Virus record (IMG/VR): IMGVR_UViG_3300013131_000240
Location: 1-24,393 of that record
Direction: 5' to 3' (one strand)
DNA from: a virus
Taxonomy: Duplodnaviria; Caudoviricetes
Length of the DNA stretch: 24,393 nucleotides
The notes beneath the pieces were generated by a model. That model was not told the origin of the DNA and ran no database searches. It saw only the letters and a list, made by a program, of their open reading frames with translations. Shown here piece by piece: positions 19,801 to 24,393 of the stretch. Numbering within the stretch: the stretch's first letter is position 1; the number at the start of each line of letters is the position of its first letter. Both the position numbers and the translations under genes were made by a program.

Positions 19801-21679
19801 TTATATTTATTGTAAGCCAACCAGGATTTTTAGGATCAGCAGAAATGATTTTATTTTCCACCAAAAAATCATATCGTTCACTAAATGCCAATATAATATC
19901 ATTTTCAGCATTTCTATCTGTAATAAATGCATTAGTTACGTCATCTTTTAGAATCGGTGTTCGTAATGATTTTGTAAATTTATCATATGGACTTCCGTCT
20001 GGATATCGTATATCTAATGATCCTCTTTTTGGCAATGGCTTTCCAAACAAATCTGTTGGTGATTGGTCGTAGTTTTCTACCAAACGGCCTCTACTGTAAT
20101 CAATTGCATCTATTTGGTGTAAAATTCCAGCAGGAATCCAAACCTTTCTTACACCTGTTTCATTTAAGTCTGAATCGTATTTTCCGGAACCAATTTCTAA
20201 TTCACGTGAAGGTGCAGCATGTGCAGCAAAGGCAAGGATTTCTTTGTCTGTATATTCTCGTATAAATATATTTGGATATACTTCTGCAAATGTTGGTGTT
20301 TGTGATTCATCCAAATTTGGCGTCCAATCATTGTCTAATGTTTTTGCCCATGGATGTTTTACAATATCTCTGTATCTTTTATCTGATTGAAGATATGCCC
20401 AAGTTCCAATAAAAAATACAAGTTGTTTATCTAATTTTGGAAAAATTACAGGAAACCTTAATTCAGGCATTGGCGTATTTTTACTACTTATAGGTATAGA
20501 TTTTGAAATAGACTCAAATCTCAATTTACTTATGAATTGTAAAAGAATAGTATCAAGTTGTGCATTTACTACTTTTTTAACATTTTCAGGTGACATATCG
20601 CCGTCAAAAATGCCAGATGGAACCCATTTTGTTTTATCTATTGTATCTAATGTTTCATTTACACTTTTCTCTTTTCTTGCAACATTTATTGCCAATTTTT
20701 CAACAACCAATTCATTTACAACACATTTTAGATCAGGTGACAAATCTTCTAATGTTGGTGCACCAAAATGGTCCAATAAACCACTCAATAATGATCCATA
20801 ATCTGGATTATCACCAACTATCAATTTTTCAACTAAATCGGGAATTACACGAAGTTTTCTCATTGTTTTTGCGATGTTTTCTAATGTTGAAACTTCAGTT
20901 TTTAATATCTTAGCAATTCTTAATTTTTTAGCAGGAGGAAATCTATCATAATCCGCAATACTTCTAATCGAAGAAATTATTTGTGCCTCCATGTATAAAT
21001 TTTGACCACTGATATATGCAAGATATATTTTTAATCCAGTTGTTAATAATGGAATTAAATCAGCTGATGGCAACCCTATTAACTTAGCAAATAAATCTTT
21101 TTCCGCATCTTCTTCTCTTTGTTTTAATTTTTCTTTATCTTCATCCGATAACTTACTATCATCTATTCCAAGTTTTTCTTGTATAAATTGTGATCCTGAA
21201 AATATCTGTCTTCCTGCCCATTCTGCACCGGTTCCAATATATCCACCGACTGTTTTTAGTGCATCCGATACATATTTTTCAACAGAATCTATTGCAGGTG
21301 TTAATACACCATCTGGTCCAAAAAATGAATCAGTTTTTACATCAACACTTACGGTTAAATTAGTTTGTTGTGGTGCAACCGCTCTCTTACTTGTTATTAT
21401 TAAAGTTGCATTTCCAATTAAAACACCAGTTAATTCTCCAATATCGGAAACATTAGCAGTTGTTCCACCACCTTGTATTTCATACTTGAAAATGTCTTTA
21501 ATTATATCAGCGGCAGACCTACCATTCGCCTGTAATTCTTCGTATCTCTGATTTTCTGCACCAGAAAGAACTTGAAATAATGGAAGTTTTAAGGTTTCAC
21601 CTTGACGAATAGTAACAGAATATGATTTCCCGTCAGCATTTAACTTTATTTGATCCGTTTGTCTTAATGAAAATCCCAT
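16868..21679 (-). CDS. Large mosaic protein, 1603 aa: Ig-like (Big_2-type) N-terminus, helical/coiled-coil core, leucine-rich repeats, C-terminal Cys-bounded module
   Basis: TANVSDIGELTGVLIGNATLIITS is Big_2-like; a K/E-rich heptad stretch spans ~18960..19430; repeats of FxCSNNxLTSLxxSP span ~17230..17880. Starts 2 nt after the spike-like gene's stop. Confidence 0.7.
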   Translation of the reverse strand: MGFSLRQTDQIKLNADGKSYSVTIRQGETLKLPLFQVLSGAENQRYEELQANGRSAADIIKDIFKYEIQGGGTTANVSDIGELTGVLIGNATLIITSKRAVAPQQTNLTVSVDVKTDSFFGPDGVLTPAIDSVEKYVSDALKTVGGYIGTGAEWAGRQIFSGSQFIQEKLGIDDSKLSDEDKEKLKQREEDAEKDLFAKLIGLPSADLIPLLTTGLKIYLAYISGQNLYMEAQIISSIRSIADYDRFPPAKKLRIAKILKTEVSTLENIAKTMRKLRVIPDLVEKLIVGDNPDYGSLLSGLLDHFGAPTLEDLSPDLKCVVNELVVEKLAINVARKEKSVNETLDTIDKTKWVPSGIFDGDMSPENVKKVVNAQLDTILLQFISKLRFESISKSIPISSKNTPMPELRFPVIFPKLDKQLVFFIGTWAYLQSDKRYRDIVKHPWAKTLDNDWTPNLDESQTPTFAEVYPNIFIREYTDKEILAFAAHAAPSRELEIGSGKYDSDLNETGVRKVWIPAGILHQIDAIDYSRGRLVENYDQSPTDLFGKPLPKRGSLDIRYPDGSPYDKFTKSLRTPILKDDVTNAFITDRNAENDIILAFSERYDFLVENKIISADPKNPGWLTININIMNGLSAESVSTIFERLEDAIDTTDIDTSKEYIARNIQKVVSIRQINNKYTRQNIIDIVLGNRVKVTEIKPKLDIGLSPLSDLIGISKSYRLKLIELGFDYGRENGYFTVSGDGKVSYISAAEKLTENEYNSLLQEIESLVIEEDLIVRELGEIGGDNDPTIIQQSINLERRLAEVQKNLENKRKIRDEYKDKINTEERIKNNNSKLDGLKNKREDILKKIEEVNDAIKKLREAKPSEPYWTPEIIAKGIKENNDILKELRAELQLLESDILKISEENKELGYEEPPVSEDSSGLTPCLDKYLKMQFMDIFQEIDYGRLPQPVKSILNGIGEYVGVSPSDISKSWELISVGKNLYEIGKLGPDAWDEMSPENKAWFAKKFGIDEEWAGDAIKFGADISLLAQGKSSDNLVGLLDKGFLRFRDTFLEKFAPGASSWRDFERLDPKLQSTIAICLGFKPDDKGSHVVKAQRVIRRAVNFERSVKDAITIKNSIIARKEQFDKLGGKGNPEMIESLGNDLELTPGLLGNLYDSTSEIVADPYADFMDNIPSVLGGDPGWRQKMDIPEINSLDPLPHQGKSVTLDVIENPSVPIPTTLVEKLKKLVDEKAIISDNNQVSFNSDGSIDWNDNVQITEKAIENGKLPVKFNLIKGNFICNNAKLTSLENSPKIVNGEFNCSNNLLTSLTNSPEEVFTFDCSGNSGLNSLVGLPKIIKGRNFDKTVLIPESKEMLINCSNCAITSLDALNDITNFGLGGIDCSNNKIETLFSSNINANIQSVTNFNCSNNLLTSLEKSPTIVKDSLSNYGSYDASNNKIKQLPDGLFTSMRCENFNISNNEFVDLSFIPIEVNGVLNVTGNRGKGLNDSDLGKNRFTPNGRETTTSRRCSIKVAKTDTSEYADRMFPSEEETQTKSYQYTSEGQTYTYIWCSGMGRKDQGRCRKDAREKHWYIDNMMFLEPIDASEPSLGYIYIGDDVCPKSK
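16880..16903. repeat. Exact 24-bp direct repeat, copy 2 (encodes YIGDDVCP at the C-terminus of the 1603-aa protein)
   Basis: Identical to 16238..16261. Confidence 0.95.
17436..17785. repeat. Exact 32-bp repeat pair within the LRR-coding region (17436..17467 and 17754..17785)
   Basis: agtgatgttaataaattatttgaacaattaaa occurs twice (FNCSNNLLTSL). An 18-bp overlapping segment, 17430..17447, recurs at 17811..17828. Confidence 0.9.
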
Positions 21680-21681
21680 GA

Positions 21682-23211
21682 TTACCCGCCTGTGTTAAAT
21701 GGTGGAGATAATGTATTATTTGGATCAGATCCTTCAACATTATTGAATAATCTTCTTGCATCTAAATCATCTTCTGATGGTGGGTTTTCTATTGAATCCA
21801 ATATATCTGATTGTATTTCTGCCAGATGTCCCAGCTCACCAACACCCTGTCCTATGTCAAATTGTGAATTTGGTATTAGTGAAACAGAAAATGTGTTTGG
21901 AGAATCACCCATATTTTTATTTTGTCTATCTTTAATGTAACTAGTATTTCTTTTTTGTTTAGCTTCCTGTTTTTCTTCTTCCGATGGACCACCCGGTTTT
22001 TCATTTAGAAATACCAATCTACTAGCAAGTGTATTCAATTCAGATTTTAGACTTGCAATATCAGATTTAATTGTTGCAAACTCAGCAACATTTATTGGAA
22101 CACCAGACGGTCCTGTTCCAGTTGGGTGAGTTTGTTGAGCTATAGCAGCGCAAATATCCATTATATTATCGGATAATCTTGCCAACCAATCTATCGCTCT
22201 ATCTCCTAATAATGCAGGTGATAACGCATCAATACCTAAACTTATTTTTTTTGATTCAATTTCTACTACTTGTGCACCATCGAGTGATATTCCCTTTTCA
22301 GATGAAAAACCAATACCCTCTTTACTAAAACCAATTATTTCTTGTTTTTTTGCATTAAAAATTATTCTATCAGAAGTTAAAAATATCTGGTTTCCACCAA
22401 ATTTATTCTTCATAAAAAGATCTATTGATTTTGAAGATATTGATGGTGTTGTTTTTGATGCTGGTGTAAATTTAATATATTGTCCAGATGTAAGCCAAAT
22501 ACCAGAATCATCATTATCTGGATCTTCTATTACAAATTGATTAAATGCTTTACCTTTTGGATTAGTTCCATTTGAAATAATTGTTATTGGATTTCCGGTT
22601 TCACCCAATCCTTTTTTCCATAGTGGAGGTTGTGGGTATATTCTTCTTTCATCAACTGTTGATCCAAATCTAATAGATTGCCCCCATCTACCTTCAAATA
22701 AAATATCACCAGAATAAACTTGTAATGGGTAAACATCTTTTCTTTCAGGAAATGTTGGATCAATAGTTTTATTTACTTGTAATCGGCTTTTAACTGCATT
22801 CATAACACCAACTTCGGCATTATTTCTTGCACCAACACTTCCAATTTGGTTTTTTGTTAAAAAGTCTGTTACTCCTGGAAGTCCATTGTGATGAACAGAA
22901 CTTTGAACAGGAATTGGGTTTGTATAATAATACTCTTGTGCTGTTGCTCTGGCACTATTGTAAGATGTTGGACCCTTTCTTACAAATACAAGTTCGCCCT
23001 TTATAGGAATGTTTTTTATATTTGAATCTATTGGTCTAGCTTCAATAATATCACTAGGTGTTTGTGAACCATGAGCACCCATGATTTTACAATACACCTT
23101 AAATAATTTTTCTTTGTTTTCACCAAAAAAATCTACTCTTTCAATAACGGCAGGAACAAACTCATAGTTTATCCCGTTTATCGTTATCTGCTGTGGATCT
23201 TGTATCGGCAT
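21682..23211 (-). CDS. Baseplate hub/central spike protein, gp5/gpV-like, ~509 aa (start reassigned to MPIQDPQQ)
   Basis: OB-fold-like N-terminus (IEARPIDSNIKNIPIKGELVFV), GDILFEGRWGQSIRFGS, beta-helix-like strands (QIFLTSDRIIFNAK...IGFSSEKGISLDG) and spike-apex-like QQTHPTGTGPSGVP. AGGA SD at 23220..23217; the track's extra 21 aa lie in the upstream gene's other frame. Confidence 0.7.
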   Translation of the reverse strand: MPIQDPQQITINGINYEFVPAVIERVDFFGENKEKLFKVYCKIMGAHGSQTPSDIIEARPIDSNIKNIPIKGELVFVRKGPTSYNSARATAQEYYYTNPIPVQSSVHHNGLPGVTDFLTKNQIGSVGARNNAEVGVMNAVKSRLQVNKTIDPTFPERKDVYPLQVYSGDILFEGRWGQSIRFGSTVDERRIYPQPPLWKKGLGETGNPITIISNGTNPKGKAFNQFVIEDPDNDDSGIWLTSGQYIKFTPASKTTPSISSKSIDLFMKNKFGGNQIFLTSDRIIFNAKKQEIIGFSKEGIGFSSEKGISLDGAQVVEIESKKISLGIDALSPALLGDRAIDWLARLSDNIMDICAAIAQQTHPTGTGPSGVPINVAEFATIKSDIASLKSELNTLASRLVFLNEKPGGPSEEEKQEAKQKRNTSYIKDRQNKNMGDSPNTFSVSLIPNSQFDIGQGVGELGHLAEIQSDILDSIENPPSEDDLDARRLFNNVEGSDPNNTLSPPFNTGG

Positions 23212-23551
23212 CTTCTTCCTCTTGTTCTTGTTGGATTTCTTGAATACTCTGTAAGAGTGCTTCTTTTTCTTCATCAGTCAAGAACGAAGAAGTTTCTTCA
23301 TTTTTGTTTGACATAGCACGTTGAACAACAGCGGCTAATTTAACCAAATGTTCATCGTTCTTAACTGAAACCTCTATAAAATCTTTTATTGCGGGAACTA
23401 AAATAGCAGCATCACTTATATTGTTAAGCATAGGTTTTAGGTCAGCAATAAGTAAATTTATCTGACGGTCTTTTTTCTTCTGATTATCATAAATGTCTTT
23501 TAACAAATCAGAAAATTTTTTATTTCCAAATAATTCTTGGTCAAAATTCAT
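23162..23551 (-). CDS. Conserved helical hypothetical phage protein, ~129 aa (start reassigned to MNFDQELFG)
   Basis: ATG 23551 lies 13 nt after the sigma-like gene's stop. Amphipathic helices and an acidic tail. Confidence 0.7.
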   Translation of the reverse strand: MNFDQELFGNKKFSDLLKDIYDNQKKKDRQINLLIADLKPMLNNISDAAILVPAIKDFIEVSVKNDEHLVKLAAVVQRAMSNKNEETSSFLTDEEKEALLQSIQEIQQEQEEEDADTRSTADNDKRDKL

Positions 23552-23555
23552 ATCA

Positions 23556-23563
23556 ATAAATAT
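23556..23563 (-). promoter_or_regulatory. Candidate late promoter element ATATTTAT, 4 nt upstream of ATG 23551
   Basis: Occupies most of the 13-nt gap; no SD is present before this start. Confidence 0.45.
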
Positions 23564-23564
23564 A

Positions 23565-24299
23565 TCATTTGTTAATAATATCTTGAAAATCATACCAATT
23601 TAGGTTTTCTATTATTATCCCATTTCGATAACTTTCATATAATTTTGCATACATAATTTTTATTTTACTTATTACATTCGTTATGTATTGAGAACTAACA
23701 CCAGTTCTTTCTCTTATCAGAATGTATATCGCCTTTTTATTATAGTTTTCAATGTTTTCTCTTGACTTAAAAAGATATAAAATAGAGTCTGCAACCTGCA
23801 TATCTCTCTGTTTTGAAAAAATTAAAGGCAAATAATTTTCAATAGTTTTTACAAATTGATCTATAAAATCAGATTTTTCTTCTATTAAATCTTTTCTTAT
23901 TTTTTCATTTACAATGTTTCTTTCCAAATCAATTGCATCAATATCTTGACTTCGTTTGAAGTGATAGTAATTTTTATTGTTTTCTGCAATTAAATAGTTC
24001 TTAGCAACAATAGAAAAATATGAAAATGCTTTACCGTTTTCAGCTTTATATTTGTTTATTTTTTCGTGAAGAAACGCAATAACTTCGTGTTTTACATCTT
24101 CATGTGATACATCAAAATTGTAAAACTTAAAACGATGTATCATAATTTCTGCTAATTTGTAAAATGCGGGATGTATCTTTTGTGTGTATAGTATATTTTT
24201 TTGTATGTCATCTTCTAATGAATTATACAATACTATTGCATCTTCCGTTTCTTGTGTAAAGTAAATATTAGGTTTTTTAGGACTTCGTTTTTGTTTCAT
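23565..24299 (-). CDS. Phage sigma-like transcription factor (sigma70 region 2 / T4 gp55-like late sigma), 244 aa
   Basis: EDVKHEVIAFLHEKINKYKAENGKAFSYFSIVAKNYLI parallels sigma region 2.2-2.3 (EDL.QE....L.KA..KFDP..G..FSTYA; gp55-type NPFAYFT). Possible C-terminal HTH (IYILIRERTGVSSQYITNVISKIK). AAGGA SD at 24310..24306. Confidence 0.7.
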   Translation of the reverse strand: MKQKRSPKKPNIYFTQETEDAIVLYNSLEDDIQKNILYTQKIHPAFYKLAEIMIHRFKFYNFDVSHEDVKHEVIAFLHEKINKYKAENGKAFSYFSIVAKNYLIAENNKNYYHFKRSQDIDAIDLERNIVNEKIRKDLIEEKSDFIDQFVKTIENYLPLIFSKQRDMQVADSILYLFKSRENIENYNKKAIYILIRERTGVSSQYITNVISKIKIMYAKLYESYRNGIIIENLNWYDFQDIINK

Positions 24300-24393
24300 A
24301 AATAATCCTTTTCAAATTTTGCATCAAATTTTGGTTTTTCAAGAACAGAACTTCTTTGGTCATCCAACGGTGCTTCACCAAAATAAACTGCAA
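24296..24393 (-). CDS. 3' end of an upstream hypothetical gene (partial): ...AVYFGEAPLDDQRSSVLEKPKFDAKFEKDYL*
   Basis: Frame is open from the window edge to TGA 24298..24296, which overlaps the next start as ATGA. Confidence 0.6.
   Translation of the reverse strand, partial: AVYFGEAPLDDQRSSVLEKPKFDAKFEKDYL

Noticed and set aside
38-21940. The many 60-144 aa plus-strand ORFs and short alternative-frame minus-strand ORFs in the track
   Set aside because: They lie within or largely overlap long minus-strand genes and show no recognisable motifs, so they are best explained as shadow ORFs.
23162-23551. 129-aa protein as a terminase small subunit
   Set aside because: Only a generic helical-hairpin resemblance, and no large terminase gene is adjacent.
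23212-23593. Track starts at 23274 and 23593
   Set aside because: Both extensions run deep into upstream genes; ATG 23211 (with SD) and ATG 23551 fit better.
1-24393. Stop-codon reassignment (no gene here ends in TAG)
   Set aside because: Genes are intact and tightly packed in the standard code, ending in TAA or TGA with no in-frame TAG; TAG scarcity is common in AT-rich genomes.
1-24393. Bacterial eCIS, tailocin or T6SS locus rather than a phage
   Set aside because: The gp55-like sigma, T4-type gp6 and absence of bacterial housekeeping or secretion genes favour a large phage. Not fully excluded, since no capsid or terminase gene is visible.

Overview
An AT-rich (roughly 30% GC by eye), gene-dense stretch of a large myovirus-type (jumbo-phage-like) genome, with every credible gene on the minus strand in the standard code. 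Read right to left it holds: the end of an unknown gene, a gp55/sigma70-region-2-like factor, a small helical protein, a gp5/spike-like baseplate hub, a 1603-aa mosaic (Ig-like, coiled coil, LRR), a 733-aa protein with a divergent CHAP-like hydrolase domain, a small protein, gp25-like and gp6/J-like wedge subunits, a DNRLRE-type protein, a coiled-coil protein, a 1324-aa wedge-like protein with a LamG domain, a 227-aa virion protein and three tandem paralogous virion proteins. The third paralogue (<1..2912) is missing from the ORF track and has a ~780-aa Cys/Pro-rich N-terminal extension. The main unexplained signals are a dispersed [S/T]-[G/A/S]-S tripeptide concentrated in a subset of virion proteins (possible modification sequon), a Cys-bounded module shared by two adjacent genes with an exact 24-bp repeat, and an ATATTTAT candidate promoter that is the inverse of the T4 late promoter. 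All family calls come from motif recognition by eye; no searches were run.
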